A stretch of 64,000 bases of DNA from Syntrophaceae bacterium (GCA_025355345.1 JANXZU010000034.1:6143-70142), one strand, 5' to 3'; shown: positions 1 through 10,425, counted from the stretch's first letter. Notes: a model not told the origin generated them from the letters alone. Numbers and translations are program-made.

Positions 1-1
1 T

Positions 2-202
2 ACAGGAACGCTGGCTAATATGCCGCGCAACACCGCCAAGGAAATTGTAGAGAGTCTTGGTGGCTCGATTCATTCCAGTACTACCTCTAAGACCACTTAC
101 GTTGTGGCGGGCAGTGATCCCGGCTCAAAACTAGATAAAGCCCGCTTACTGGGTATAAAGATTCTTAGCGAAGAGGAATTTTTAAAACTAATCGACCGGT
201 GA
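2..202 (+). CDS. ligA: NAD-dependent DNA ligase LigA, C-terminal BRCT end (5' part outside window)
   Basis: Frame is open from the window edge. TGTLANMPRNTAKEIVESLGG...TTYVVAG..GSKLDKA..LGIKILSEEEF matches the BRCT tail of bacterial LigA. Confidence 0.8.
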   Translation, partial: TGTLANMPRNTAKEIVESLGGSIHSSTTSKTTYVVAGSDPGSKLDKARLLGIKILSEEEFLKLIDR

Positions 203-206
203 AATA

Positions 207-482
207 ATGAAACGCATACATGTCCACATTAGCGGCAAAGTACAGGGCGTTTTTTTCCGCGCGGAAATTCAGCGTGCTTCAATTGATTTTAAGATTACCG
301 GTTGGGTGCGCAATATGGATGATGGTCGTGTGGAAGCAGTTTTTGAGGGCGAAAAAACTGACGTTGATAAAATGTTGGAATGGTGCAAAGTCGGCCCTCC
401 ATCAGCAAGAGTAGAAAATGTAACAGCCACTGAAGAACACTATACTGGCAGCTTTTATGACTTCAACATTAAGCATTTCTAA
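207..482 (+). CDS. acyP: acylphosphatase
   Basis: 91 aa with VHISGKVQGVFFR and GWVRN..DGRVE, the two acylphosphatase signature stretches. Confidence 0.85.
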   Translation: MKRIHVHISGKVQGVFFRAEIQRASIDFKITGWVRNMDDGRVEAVFEGEKTDVDKMLEWCKVGPPSARVENVTATEEHYTGSFYDFNIKHF

Positions 483-527
483 ATATCTTATCGTCATTGC
501 CAACTACCGCCACAAGAGGTCACACAA

Positions 528-1709
528 TTAATTACATTCTCTAATCGCTTCATCAAACCCGCCCATAGAGTTGACAATCGTTGCATCATCAACGCAGTAG
601 GCGATGCGGAAGTAGCCGGGGCCGGAAAAGCCGCTGCCGGGAACAACAAGAATGTTTTTTTGCAACAGCATTTTGACAAATGCCACATCGTCAGGAATCG
701 GGCTTTGGACAAATAAATAAAAAGCTCCCTGCGGTTTGGCAAATTTGTAGCCAGCCTTGGAAAGCCCCGCACAGAGAAGATCACGTTTATTCTGATAAAC
801 TTTTACATCAACCGCTACATCCTGAAGCCTGGCGACAATTCTCTGCATGAGAGCCGGCGCGTGAACAAAGCCCAAAATGCGTGTACATAAAATCAGCGCG
901 CTTATTAAATCGCCTGCATCCTGAATCTCTGGACTTACGGCAATGTAGCCTATTCTTTCCCCCGGCAAAGACAGAGTCTTGGAATAAGAATAAGCGACAA
1001 TGCTATTAGGATATGCTGCAAGTACACTGGGCACGGTAACGCCATCAAAGACGATCTCCGCATAAGGCTCATCAGAGATAAGATAAATTGTTTTCCCCAA
1101 AGCCCTGCCCTTCTCCAGAAGCACTTGCGACAACTCGGCAATTTCTTTTTCACTGTAAACCTTGCCTGTCGGATTATTAGGAGAGTTAAGAATAATTGCT
1201 TTTGTCTTCTCGCTGATCGCCCCAGCTATAGAATCAATGTCCAGAGAAAAATCTTTTTTTGTTTCAGCATATTTTACAATTCCGCTGAAGTTCTCAATAT
1301 AAAAAGGATACTCCACAAAAAAAGGCTTCAAAACAATCACTTCATCGCCGGGATCAAGCAGCGCCTTGAAAATTACATTTAACGCGCCACCAGCACCACA
1401 GGACATGATTACATGATCAGCACCGATTTTCAACCCGGATGTTCTGCTGATTTTTTGCGCAATAGCCTGTCTTGTTTCGATGTATCCGGCATTGGGTGTA
1501 TAGCCATGCTTCAGAGGAATAATCTCTGCTGCCAGGTTAATTAGCTCACGTTTGAATTCATCCGGCTGTTCAACATTAGGATTGCCGAGACTGAAATCAT
1601 AGACTTTATCCGCGCCATATTTTTTCTTCAGCAGAATACCTTGTTCAAACATCTTGCGAATCATCGATGATTGAGCAATTGATGATTTGATCTTTTTAGC
1701 AATAGTCAT
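528..1709 (-). CDS. PLP-dependent aminotransferase, class I/II (aspartate/alanine aminotransferase-like)
   Basis: 393 aa with SPNNPTG and the SYSKTLSLPGERIGY PLP-lysine motif. Length is typical of the family. Confidence 0.85.
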   Translation of the reverse strand: MTIAKKIKSSIAQSSMIRKMFEQGILLKKKYGADKVYDFSLGNPNVEQPDEFKRELINLAAEIIPLKHGYTPNAGYIETRQAIAQKISRTSGLKIGADHVIMSCGAGGALNVIFKALLDPGDEVIVLKPFFVEYPFYIENFSGIVKYAETKKDFSLDIDSIAGAISEKTKAIILNSPNNPTGKVYSEKEIAELSQVLLEKGRALGKTIYLISDEPYAEIVFDGVTVPSVLAAYPNSIVAYSYSKTLSLPGERIGYIAVSPEIQDAGDLISALILCTRILGFVHAPALMQRIVARLQDVAVDVKVYQNKRDLLCAGLSKAGYKFAKPQGAFYLFVQSPIPDDVAFVKMLLQKNILVVPGSGFSGPGYFRIAYCVDDATIVNSMGGFDEAIRECN

Positions 1710-1730
1710 TTAGTAGAAATCCCGTTTCTT

Positions 1731-2045
1731 TCAATCATGTTTTCTTCTCCTCAACAGAACAAATATTCCCAGCAAAACCAATAGTACCGGCAATATATAT
1801 TGGGAATATTTGTGCAGGTCAAATCCATAGAATTCAACAATCAGAAATAATACTCCCGCAATAGTAATAAACCAGCCGCCAAAATCCCTTACTCTCTGAA
1901 TTATTGTGCCAATTCCGATGACAATTATCAGTATCGGCCAGGTCTGCCCAAAAGGACAAATGCCTGCTTTAGCCAAATATATCAAGACGCCCAAAGTAAT
2001 TAATATCAGACCTCCGATAAACACATGATGTTTTGAACCAGCCAT
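1731..2045 (-). CDS. small multi-pass membrane protein, unknown function
   Basis: 104 aa with about four hydrophobic helices and a basic C-terminus (RRRKHD). Same strand as, and close to, its neighbours. Confidence 0.5.
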   Translation of the reverse strand: MAGSKHHVFIGGLILITLGVLIYLAKAGICPFGQTWPILIIVIGIGTIIQRVRDFGGWFITIAGVLFLIVEFYGFDLHKYSQYILPVLLVLLGIFVLLRRRKHD

Positions 2046-2104
2046 AAATATAACCTCCTCATTGTTATTATAAGCGGCAGAAGCACAGCTCCTGCCGCTG
2101 CGTT

Positions 2105-2869
2105 TTACAATTTCTCCGCTAATTTTAAAAATGGTTTAAATAAATCAATGGGTATGGGAAATACAGTTGTCGAATTGTTTTCCGCGGCAATCTGATTCAA
2201 TGTCTGCAAGTAACGCAGTTGCAGCGACATCGGCTGTGTTTCCATTAATGCTGCTGCATCGACAAGCTTTTGTGCGGCCTGGAATTCGCCTTCAGCATTG
2301 ATAACCTTGGCGCGCCTTTCTCTTTCCGCTTCTGCCTGCTTGGCAATTGCCCTTTTCATTTCCTCAGGAAGATCTATCTGTTTTACTTCAACCCTGTCTA
2401 CTTTAATTCCCCATGGCTCGGTACTGCGATCCAGAATTTCCAACAAGGTTAAGTTAATCTTATCCCTTTCTGATAAAATCTCATCTAATTCCACCTGACC
2501 GCAGACACTTCTTAAGCTGGTCTGGGCCTGCTGAGATGTCGCATAGAGATAATTCTCCACCTTGATAATAGCCGCTGTCGCATCTAATACAGTGTAGAAT
2601 ACTACGGCATTGACTTTAATGGAAACATTGTCACGCGTAATGACATCCTGCGGAGGAACCTCCATGGTAATCGTCCGCATATCCACTTTAACCATTTTAT
2701 CCACAACAGGTATCAAAATAATAAGACCCGGCCCTTTTGTTGCAATCACTCGCCCCAGACGAAAGATAACACCTCTTTCATATTCATTTAAGATACGAAT
2801 CGCTGATGCCAAAAACATAAATACCATCACAATAACCACGATCATCGGTACAGATAAAGCTCCAATCAT
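2105..2869 (-). CDS. SPFH/band-7 (stomatin-like) protein
   Basis: 254 aa with an N-terminal TM helix, then [12 protein letters not shown] and a coiled-coil [11 protein letters not shown] region typical of prokaryotic stomatins. Sits downstream of the NfeD gene. Confidence 0.85.
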   Translation of the reverse strand: MIGALSVPMIVVIVMVFMFLASAIRILNEYERGVIFRLGRVIATKGPGLIILIPVVDKMVKVDMRTITMEVPPQDVITRDNVSIKVNAVVFYTVLDATAAIIKVENYLYATSQQAQTSLRSVCGQVELDEILSERDKINLTLLEILDRSTEPWGIKVDRVEVKQIDLPEEMKRAIAKQAEAERERRAKVINAEGEFQAAQKLVDAAALMETQPMSLQLRYLQTLNQIAAENNSTTVFPIPIDLFKPFLKLAEKL

Positions 2870-2895
2870 TGTAAATACCCTCCTTTAATTTATTT

Positions 2896-4206
2896 CTATG
2901 AATTTTGTTCTTTATTTGTTTCTTCCACAATCAAGCTCAGACCTTCAACTTTGACAATTTTTACTTTTGCTCCCTTTTTTATTGACTTTGCACTTGTCGC
3001 CCTCCAGTATTGTCCTTCCAAAAACACATTCCCCTCATTGGCAATGTCGGTCAGCGCTTCAGTTTCAACGCCAATCATCGCTTCGGGGCCGGTCAAGTGT
3101 TTCCGTAGTTGCGCTTTTGTGGCTATCCAAATAATCACAATAAAAAATCCGGAAATAACCAAAACGGCAGGAATCAAAACCTGTAAAGAAATACGCAAAG
3201 ACGGCTCTGCCGTATCAAATAAAAACAATGACCCTAATACTAATGATATGACACCACCAACACTCAGTATACCGTGACTCATAACTTTGATCTCCGCAAA
3301 AAATAAAATAACGCCGAAAATTATCAGCAAAATTCCCGTATAATTTACAGGCAATGTGGATAAACCGAAAAACGCCATCAGGAGCGATATCCCGCCGATT
3401 ACACCCGGCAATATGGCTCCCGGTGTAGAGAGTTCAAAATACAAGCCCGCCAGACCGACAAGAAGAAGAATATAAGCAATATTCGGATCGGAGATTAATG
3501 AAAGTATCCCCGCACGTGTTCCCATCTTCTTATTGTTAATTACCGCGTCCTTTGTTGAAATTTTCTTTTTGCCATTGGCCAGACTTACTTCTTTCTGATC
3601 TATTGCCGCCAAAAGCTTATCTACATCCGCCGCGACAAAATCGATGACATTCAGCTTGAGAGCTTCTTCAGCGGTTATTGATTCACTTTTGCGCACTGCT
3701 TTTTCCACCCATTCTTCAGAACGTCCCCTTGTTTTAGCAATGCTGCGGGCATATGCGGCTGCATCATTTTCCACCTTTGCGGACATGGTTTTATCCATTT
3801 CACCACCGCCAAGGCCTATCGCCACCGGATGAGCGGCGCCGATATTTGTACTTGGAGCCATAGCGGCAATATGTGCGGCAGAGGCGATAATCACACCGGC
3901 AGAGGCTGCACGCGCACCGGATGGATAAACAAATACTATTACCGGTAGTGGCGCGTTGAGAATGCTTTTGGCAATATCACGCATTGCGGTATCCATTCCC
4001 CCAGGAGTATCGAGTAAAATTATCAGACCTTCAGCCTTGTCCTTTTGCGCATCTTCGATACTGCCGGCAATGTATTTAGCCGTGGGCGATGTAATAACGC
4101 CTTCAACTGTGATTACATTGAAAACAGGCTTCTTCTCTTCGGCCAAAACTCCAGCACTTCCAAATATTGAAAGAGTAATCAATCCACAAAGTATTTTCTT
4201 GAACAT
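2896..4206 (-). CDS. nfeD: NfeD-family membrane-bound ClpP-class serine protease
   Basis: 436 aa: signal peptide, ClpP-like domain (LLDTPGG, GARAASAG), multi-TM block and a C-terminal OB-like NfeD domain. Shows the classical NfeD-stomatin pairing. Confidence 0.85.
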   Translation of the reverse strand: MFKKILCGLITLSIFGSAGVLAEEKKPVFNVITVEGVITSPTAKYIAGSIEDAQKDKAEGLIILLDTPGGMDTAMRDIAKSILNAPLPVIVFVYPSGARAASAGVIIASAAHIAAMAPSTNIGAAHPVAIGLGGGEMDKTMSAKVENDAAAYARSIAKTRGRSEEWVEKAVRKSESITAEEALKLNVIDFVAADVDKLLAAIDQKEVSLANGKKKISTKDAVINNKKMGTRAGILSLISDPNIAYILLLVGLAGLYFELSTPGAILPGVIGGISLLMAFFGLSTLPVNYTGILLIIFGVILFFAEIKVMSHGILSVGGVISLVLGSLFLFDTAEPSLRISLQVLIPAVLVISGFFIVIIWIATKAQLRKHLTGPEAMIGVETEALTDIANEGNVFLEGQYWRATSAKSIKKGAKVKIVKVEGLSLIVEETNKEQNS

Positions 4207-4238
4207 TGTTTAACCTCATAAACTTTTGTCTTGAATTA

Positions 4239-4958
4239 TTAAAGCTTAATTTCCTTCATAATCGCCTGAACATCTTCCCATACGGGCTTCTTAGCCGAGG
4301 GGTTTCGTAAAAGATAAGCCGGATGATAAGTCGGCATTAATTTTATACCATCATAATAATGAAAACGTCCGCGTAATGACGTTATGGGAGTATCCGTCTT
4401 TAAAAGTGTTTGCGCGGCGAATTTCCCCAAAGCACAAACCACTATTGGTGAAATAGCCTGCAATTGTTTCTTTAAAAATGGTTCGCATAAGCTGATTTCT
4501 TCGGGCAAAGGGTTACGATTACCCGGTGGACGGCATTTAAGTATATTACAAATGTAAACGTCTTTTCTGTCAATGCCCATTGCTTCAATGATTTTGGTTA
4601 ATAACTGTCCGGCTCTGCCCACAAACGGTAACCCCTGCTCATCTTCATCAGCGCCGGGAGCCTCACCGACAAAAACAATTTGCGCGTTGGGATTGCCATC
4701 GCCAAAAACAAGATTATGCCTTGTTTTTGCAAGTTGACAAAGCTGGCAGTTCGCCATTTCCTGACACACTTGTTTTAATTGTTCTTCATTATTAGTGTTA
4801 ACAACTTTCATTTCATTATTTGCGGGTAACGATTTCTTCCAATCCAAGCCAACAGTCAGGCTGCTTTGATTAAGTACCAGAGATTTGAGTCCCCCAACAG
4901 CAAACAACAATTCCTTTCGCAATTGCTCACGTGTTGATTGAGAAAAAGATTCATCCAT
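4239..4958 (-). CDS. uracil-DNA glycosylase, family 4, with an N-terminal extension of about 70 aa
   Basis: GEAPGADEDEQGLPFVGRAGQLL and HPAYLLRNP motifs of family-4 UDG. Cys residues in positions expected for the Fe-S ligands. Confidence 0.8.
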   Translation of the reverse strand: MDESFSQSTREQLRKELLFAVGGLKSLVLNQSSLTVGLDWKKSLPANNEMKVVNTNNEEQLKQVCQEMANCQLCQLAKTRHNLVFGDGNPNAQIVFVGEAPGADEDEQGLPFVGRAGQLLTKIIEAMGIDRKDVYICNILKCRPPGNRNPLPEEISLCEPFLKKQLQAISPIVVCALGKFAAQTLLKTDTPITSLRGRFHYYDGIKLMPTYHPAYLLRNPSAKKPVWEDVQAIMKEIKL

Positions 4959-6169
4959 TACTTTTTTTTGCCGCCTTTCTTTTTCATCAATCCGGCAACT
5001 CTTTCCAGGATCTTTTCAGCGGCTTCTATTTTAGTCATTACAGGCATTGATTGCACATCTCCTGCCCTGTCAATAATAGTTATTTTATTGGTATCCGTTT
5101 GAAAGCCCGATCCTTCTTCTCGAAGACTATTGGCCACGATTAAATCCATATTTTTCTTTTCTAATTTTTCGTGGGCATTAGCCAGAAGATCTCTTGTTTC
5201 CATCGCAAAACCCACAAGCACAATATTTGTTTTATTCTTGCCAATCTCAGCGATAATATCCGGATTTCTTACAAGCTCAATTGATCTGGGCTTATCGTCT
5301 TTTTTTATTTTCTCACTGGCAAACACTTTAGGCCTGTAATCAGCGACTGCCGCGGCTTTTATCACAACAGTCGCCTTTTTGTAATTGTCAATTACGGCTT
5401 TGTGCATCTCTTGTGCTGTGCGAACCTTGATAACAACTTCCACGTCAGGCAAAGGCAAATTTGCAGGGCCGGTAATCAAAGTAACTTGCGCGCCTTGCCT
5501 GTGGGCAACTCTGGCCAATGCGTAACCCATCTTTCCTGATGAAAGATTGGTAATAAAACGAACCGGATCCAGCGGCTCTTCCGTAGGGCCGGCGGTGATT
5601 AATATCTTCTCGCCTGCCAAACTCTTCGGAGTTAAAAGCTTTTCAATTTCTTCTACTATTTCCGGAATTTCGGGCAGACGGCCAGCGCCTATAGTTTTGC
5701 AGGCAAGTTCACCCACACCACTTTTCATAATAACGTATTTATGATTTTTCAGTTTATTGATATTTTCCTGCACAATCGGGTTGGCAAGCATCCTGTCATT
5801 CATTGCCGGACAAATCAACGTCAGCTTGTCAGCTGCCATTATCGTCGTGGAGAGCAAATCATCGGCGATTCCGGAAGCAATCTTTCCTATGATATTTGCA
5901 GTTGCCGGGGCAATAACAAAGGCGTCAGCAAATTCCGCAAGCGTTATATGAGCCATATCATATTGAGACTGTGGTAAATACATTTCGGTATAAACAATAT
6001 TATTGGAAAGTGTCTGCATTGTTAAGGGCGAAATAAATTCTGTGGCATTTTTTGTCATAATGACTTTGACATGTGCGCCTTCTTTGACCAGCGCCCGGGT
6101 TAATTCGGCCGCTTTATACGCCGCAATCCCGCCGGTGATACCCAAAACAATTTTCTTTCCCTTAAGCAT
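4958..6169 (-). CDS. coaBC: bifunctional phosphopantothenoylcysteine decarboxylase / phosphopantothenate-cysteine ligase
   Basis: 403 aa with an N-terminal flavoprotein domain (GITGGIAAYKA) and a C-terminal DFP/CoaB domain (ITAGPT.EPLDPVRFI.N.SSGKMG). Confidence 0.9.
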   Translation of the reverse strand: MLKGKKIVLGITGGIAAYKAAELTRALVKEGAHVKVIMTKNATEFISPLTMQTLSNNIVYTEMYLPQSQYDMAHITLAEFADAFVIAPATANIIGKIASGIADDLLSTTIMAADKLTLICPAMNDRMLANPIVQENINKLKNHKYVIMKSGVGELACKTIGAGRLPEIPEIVEEIEKLLTPKSLAGEKILITAGPTEEPLDPVRFITNLSSGKMGYALARVAHRQGAQVTLITGPANLPLPDVEVVIKVRTAQEMHKAVIDNYKKATVVIKAAAVADYRPKVFASEKIKKDDKPRSIELVRNPDIIAEIGKNKTNIVLVGFAMETRDLLANAHEKLEKKNMDLIVANSLREEGSGFQTDTNKITIIDRAGDVQSMPVMTKIEAAEKILERVAGLMKKKGGKKK

Positions 6170-6422
6170 ATCTGACCACTTTGATTTTTTTTATTTTTTT
6201 AGGATATAACAGTGTTTAAACACAAGATCAAGGCATAACTGCCATAATCTGCACATAGATTTAATGCTGATGATACTTACAAGTTATTATATATAATTAA
6301 TAATTTGCACTATATCATATCTCGCTGTTTACATATTTTTTTGGGAATTTTTCTTGCAAAAGACACCAAAAGCCGTTAAGTGATTTTCATTAATTTTGAA
6401 TCCTAATACTTCAGAGGTAATT

Positions 6423-7748
6423 ATGAAAAAGTTTAGTTCTTATATAGCAATTTCGGCGGCATTACTAATAGGTACAGCGGTAGCTTTTCTTTTCTTCTTT
6501 GATTACCTGGAGACAGAAAATCCAGCAATTAAATTGAATCAAGATCTTACTGCTGTAGGAAAGATGAAAAATGTCGGAATAACTTTTTCTGATCAAAAAA
6601 GCGGTCTTTCTAATATTATAGTAGAAATTGTACAGGACAATAAAGGCCATATCCTGACGAATGAAAAGATTCGATCCAGGGGCACTAAACAAAAAATAGT
6701 GTTTGTGCCTATTGATACCAGTTCCCTTAACCTTCACGACGGTCCGGCGACCGTAAACATCACAGCGACAGATTATTCTATTTTCAGAAATCAAACTATT
6801 CAATCTATCGCAGTAACGATTGATACCATTCCACCTCAAATTACACTGTTCAGTACGATCAACCATGCAAATCAAGGCGGTACTTGTTTAATTGCTTATC
6901 GGATATCAAAACCTGCTGATTTAACAGGTGTATATGTAAATGATTATTTTACTGCCGGCCACAAATTGATGATTGATAACAAACCTTCTTTCGTTACTTA
7001 TTTTGCGATTCCATATAACGCATCCAGAACAAAATTAAAAATTACAGTGCTGGCGAGAGATATTGCCGGAAACGAAACCAGAATTCCCCTTCCCTGTATA
7101 ATTAAGGAAAAGAAGTTTCGCGCGGATAAGATGAATCTCAGTGAAGCATTCCTGCAGCAAAAAATGCCTGAATTTGAGGCAATGGTTCCTTCTTTACGAG
7201 GTAAAACATTGCTGGAAATATTTAGCTATGTTAATTCTGAAATGCGTGACGAGAACTTCCGATCCATTCAATCTATATGTCAAAAATCAATACCAAAGAC
7301 GCTTTGGGAAGGTACTTTTTTACGCATGCGCAGCGCTTCACCAATGGCGCTTTTTGGTGATAAAAGGACTTATGTTGCTGCGGGCAAGGATTTCGCTAAT
7401 TCTATTCATGTTGGTGTTGATCTTGCCTCAGTCGCCCATGCCGCAATTGAAGCTACCAACAGTGGCATTGTAGTATTTGCCGGCCCCATGGGCATTTATG
7501 GCAATGCTATCATAATTGATCACGGCATGGAAATCTTCAGCCTATACGCACATTTATCTTCCATTGATACTGCTGTCGGTAAAACTGTAAAGAAGGAAGA
7601 AGTAATCGGACATTCCGGGACATCAGGCTTAGCCGGCGGAGATCATTTACATTTCGGCATTATCGTCGGTGGACAATTTGTCAATCCTCAGGAATGGTGG
7701 GATGCACATTGGATTGAAGATAATATCAACAAGAAAATGCGCATCTGA
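6423..7748 (+). CDS. M23 (LytM-type) peptidoglycan metallopeptidase
   Basis: C-terminal HSGTSGLAGGDHLHFG...VNP motif and an N-terminal membrane anchor. ATG at 6423 follows a GAGG Shine-Dalgarno, whereas the ORF-track start at 6396 is a TTG. Confidence 0.8.
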   Translation: MKKFSSYIAISAALLIGTAVAFLFFFDYLETENPAIKLNQDLTAVGKMKNVGITFSDQKSGLSNIIVEIVQDNKGHILTNEKIRSRGTKQKIVFVPIDTSSLNLHDGPATVNITATDYSIFRNQTIQSIAVTIDTIPPQITLFSTINHANQGGTCLIAYRISKPADLTGVYVNDYFTAGHKLMIDNKPSFVTYFAIPYNASRTKLKITVLARDIAGNETRIPLPCIIKEKKFRADKMNLSEAFLQQKMPEFEAMVPSLRGKTLLEIFSYVNSEMRDENFRSIQSICQKSIPKTLWEGTFLRMRSASPMALFGDKRTYVAAGKDFANSIHVGVDLASVAHAAIEATNSGIVVFAGPMGIYGNAIIIDHGMEIFSLYAHLSSIDTAVGKTVKKEEVIGHSGTSGLAGGDHLHFGIIVGGQFVNPQEWWDAHWIEDNINKKMRI

Positions 7749-7868
7749 TATTTTTGGTAATCATGATTAGAAACGACAACTTAAGTTAATTAAACAGCAA
7801 TAGTTTTGTTATTCGATATCTAAATCTCAACATCAGGATTAGATTATAAAAAAAGGAGGGGACTGAAT

Positions 7869-8354
7869 ATGACGATGTTTGCAAGGGAAAGGGATGTAAT
7901 CAAAATAATCATGTTGGGGATATTAGTGTTATTGTTTTCATTGACACCCGTCACACTAAAAGCGGAACCGAGAGAAGTGCAACTATTGTCTATAGGGAAT
8001 ATCGGTGCTGTGCAAAACAATCCCAGTAGATCGAGCAAATTTGTTCTGGATTCACCTTTTGTGATCACATATCTGTACACGTATCACTGGAACGATGGTA
8101 ACGGGACAAACCCGGGAACGATAACATTGCGTAGACATGATGGTAGGATTTACGGCCCTTACCAGGTTACGGGAAGTCAGGGACAAGGCGGAGTTCCAAA
8201 TGCCGTGTGGGAAGTTTACCTTAATGTTGAAGTGCCGCCAGGAAAATACACCGTTGTTGATTCAGAGCCCTACACCTGGTCATGCAATGCAGAATCGGAA
8301 AACAGGGGTTTTGCAGTTGTCAAAGGCTACCGATCCCACCATCGCAGACATTAA
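7869..8354 (+). CDS. secreted protein, unknown function
   Basis: 161 aa with a strong AGGAGG Shine-Dalgarno upstream and a signal-peptide-like N-terminus (MLGILVLLFSLTPVTLKA). No recognisable family. Confidence 0.5.
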   Translation: MTMFARERDVIKIIMLGILVLLFSLTPVTLKAEPREVQLLSIGNIGAVQNNPSRSSKFVLDSPFVITYLYTYHWNDGNGTNPGTITLRRHDGRIYGPYQVTGSQGQGGVPNAVWEVYLNVEVPPGKYTVVDSEPYTWSCNAESENRGFAVVKGYRSHHRRH

Positions 8355-8433
8355 CAGGCATGCTGTGGCAAAAATGTTTCAGGGGAAAAAGGACAACGTC
8401 GTCCTTACAATCCTGAAAGGAGGTCATGAATAA

Positions 8434-9012
8434 ATGGATGAAAAATCTTCAACACAGGAAGAAATTGTGCGTTACTCATGGATGGCTTCTGTACATGTCT
8501 TAACCAATCCTTCCGCGTGGAGTGGTGTGACTTTATGTTTTGGAATAGGTGCGCTGGGACTAGGAATTCTTTTCACCTTTATCAGCAAAAGCTTGGCCGG
8601 ATTATACCTTGCCTCAGGCATCTTTGGCGGTCTTATGTTAATCTTTATCCTTGTCGGAGGCGTCATCGATATTTTTGGAGGATTTCGGGTTAATTTCATT
8701 CTCACAAGCGATGGTGTCCGGAGTATATCCGGTAAGGGTGCTAAGACTGCTGCTAATGCAGCTTTAATCGGGGGAGTCCTCACAGGAAATCTAACCGGAA
8801 TAGCGGCAGGCGCGGCTGCACAATCCGAACAGAATGTATCTATCCTCTATAGTGAAGTTAAAAAAATTAAAGTAAATTCCCGGCGCCGGTATATTCTGGT
8901 GAAGGGCGATTGGTTGCAGAAGCCCATAGGCCTGTATTGCAATGAAGACAACTTCACCGGCGTTCTCCAGCTTCTGCAGGGACAATGTTCTTCGGACAAA
9001 TTCGTTGTATAA
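8434..9012 (+). CDS. membrane protein, unknown function
   Basis: 192 aa with 2-3 hydrophobic helices followed by a soluble tail. A GGAGG lies upstream, and the gene is tightly spaced with its neighbours on the same strand. Confidence 0.5.
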   Translation: MDEKSSTQEEIVRYSWMASVHVLTNPSAWSGVTLCFGIGALGLGILFTFISKSLAGLYLASGIFGGLMLIFILVGGVIDIFGGFRVNFILTSDGVRSISGKGAKTAANAALIGGVLTGNLTGIAAGAAAQSEQNVSILYSEVKKIKVNSRRRYILVKGDWLQKPIGLYCNEDNFTGVLQLLQGQCSSDKFVV

Positions 9013-9027
9013 AACGGGAGGTATTGT

Positions 9028-9546
9028 ATGTATCGTTTTTTATGTTTTGTGGGTTTGCTCACGATCCTTTCACTCAGTTTTTGCATAACGGCTTGTGACA
9101 CCGGCAGCAAGCAACCCGCCGGCGTTGTATCCATGGATAAACTCAAGGCTCAAGGCAAATGCCCTGTTGAAATTGTCAAAGCTTCTGCGGCAAGTACTGT
9201 TGGCAATACTGCAACAGGTACGAATCCTACCGTAACACTATCGATAAAAAATGTATCTGATAAAAAAATAACTCTTATCAACTGGGCAGTGATTAATGCT
9301 GATAAAAATGGGAAGCTATGCAAGAGCTGGAAGGACGAAAGCGGATTTGCAGAAATCGGAGGGCTTGAACCCGGAGAGACGATGGAGGGTAAGTCCTTTA
9401 GCTCTGATCCTGAAACATCAAAAGTTGTTGTGGTCATCAAAGATATGGCTTACGAAACTAAGCAAAGCGGTTTCGATATTGCTTTAAAATGGACAAACAA
9501 AAATTATGACTCAGAAATACAAAAAGCTAAAGAATCGTTTAAATAA
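9028..9546 (+). CDS. lipoprotein, unknown function
   Basis: 172 aa with a lipobox-like LSFCITAC after a hydrophobic N-terminus and a GGGAGG Shine-Dalgarno upstream. Confidence 0.55.
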   Translation: MYRFLCFVGLLTILSLSFCITACDTGSKQPAGVVSMDKLKAQGKCPVEIVKASAASTVGNTATGTNPTVTLSIKNVSDKKITLINWAVINADKNGKLCKSWKDESGFAEIGGLEPGETMEGKSFSSDPETSKVVVVIKDMAYETKQSGFDIALKWTNKNYDSEIQKAKESFK

Positions 9547-9565
9547 GAAAGAAAGGGGGCGGACG

Positions 9566-9721
9566 ATGAAAAGAATCATTATGTGGACAATAGTTTTAAT
9601 GATGCTTGTATCAATTGGAGGATGTTTGGTAGTGGACGAAGGCAGAAGAGATGGCGGTCATCATGAAAGAGACAGGGGACATGATCGGGATAGAGATCAT
9701 GACGGTGATCGAAGGCATTAA
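9566..9721 (+). CDS. 51-aa mini-lipoprotein with a His/Asp/Arg-rich tail
   Basis: ATG at 9566 is preceded by AAGGGGG. The product is MKRIIMWTIVLMMLVSIGGC followed by DEGRRDGGHHERDRGHDRDRDHDGDRRH. The upstream part of the track ORF (from 9506) overlaps the previous gene. Confidence 0.45.
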   Translation: MKRIIMWTIVLMMLVSIGGCLVVDEGRRDGGHHERDRGHDRDRDHDGDRRH

Positions 9722-9839
9722 GAACGAAATTTGCAAAGTAATAATAGCATCGTTACTTTACTTTACAAAAGTTAAACTTTGTTTTATAAACCATTAGCGA
9801 TCGTAATCGCTAAAAATTAAACCTTAAAGGAGACAGACA

Positions 9840-10388
9840 ATGAAACAAAAGGCTTATCAAGTTACTTTTCCAGCTACACTCGTTTTGGTGATGGTTACGT
9901 TTCTATTCACTATCTTTATCGCCAATGTAAATCTTTCTTTTGCCGCCGCAGAAGGCAAGAAATCGAACGATATTGCTAAAATATCTGCTGTTGATCATAC
10001 TGAGACCCAGATAAAGATGCTGGAAGGCGCTTTAAATATTACTGACGCCCAGAAAGAATTATGGAATGATCTCACCAAGGTTATGCGCGAAAATGCGAAA
10101 GACACCGACGCACGTCATGAAGCCCGTCAAAAAGCAAGAGCTGAGAGGCATGAAAAAGGCGTAAAAAGAACATCACTAGAACATATGAAATCACACTTGG
10201 AAACTACCGAAGCCCATTTAGATCAAATGAAGAAGTTAATCCCGCCTTTCGAGGCTTTATATGCCAGCATGTCGGACGAACAGAAGAAGACTACCGATGC
10301 AATATTCGATACAGGGAAACATAAAAGACATGGAAAACACGGGAAACATGGAAAAAACGCAAAAGATGAAAAGGCCCAGGTCAAATAA
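9840..10388 (+). CDS. Spy/CpxP/ZraP-like periplasmic protein with a His/Lys-rich tail
   Basis: Signal peptide, two LTxxQ-type motifs (ITDAQ, MSDEQ) in a helical, charged protein, and a C-terminal GKHKRHGKHGKHGK. AAGGAG Shine-Dalgarno upstream. Confidence 0.6.
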   Translation: MKQKAYQVTFPATLVLVMVTFLFTIFIANVNLSFAAAEGKKSNDIAKISAVDHTETQIKMLEGALNITDAQKELWNDLTKVMRENAKDTDARHEARQKARAERHEKGVKRTSLEHMKSHLETTEAHLDQMKKLIPPFEALYASMSDEQKKTTDAIFDTGKHKRHGKHGKHGKNAKDEKAQVK

Positions 10389-10425
10389 TCAGTAAATTTA
10401 TAATCCAAGAATGGAGTGTGATTTT

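Noticed and set aside
8137-8433. 98-aa ORF overlapping the 3' half of the 161-aa secreted protein gene
   Set aside because: It is in an alternative frame of a gene that has a strong Shine-Dalgarno and signal peptide. It has no ribosome-binding site of its own and is probably spurious.
9506-9565. Longer 71-aa version of the mini-lipoprotein ORF starting at 9506
   Set aside because: The upstream 20 codons overlap the end of the preceding lipoprotein gene and lack a Shine-Dalgarno. ATG 9566 has AAGGGGG at proper spacing and begins a typical signal peptide.
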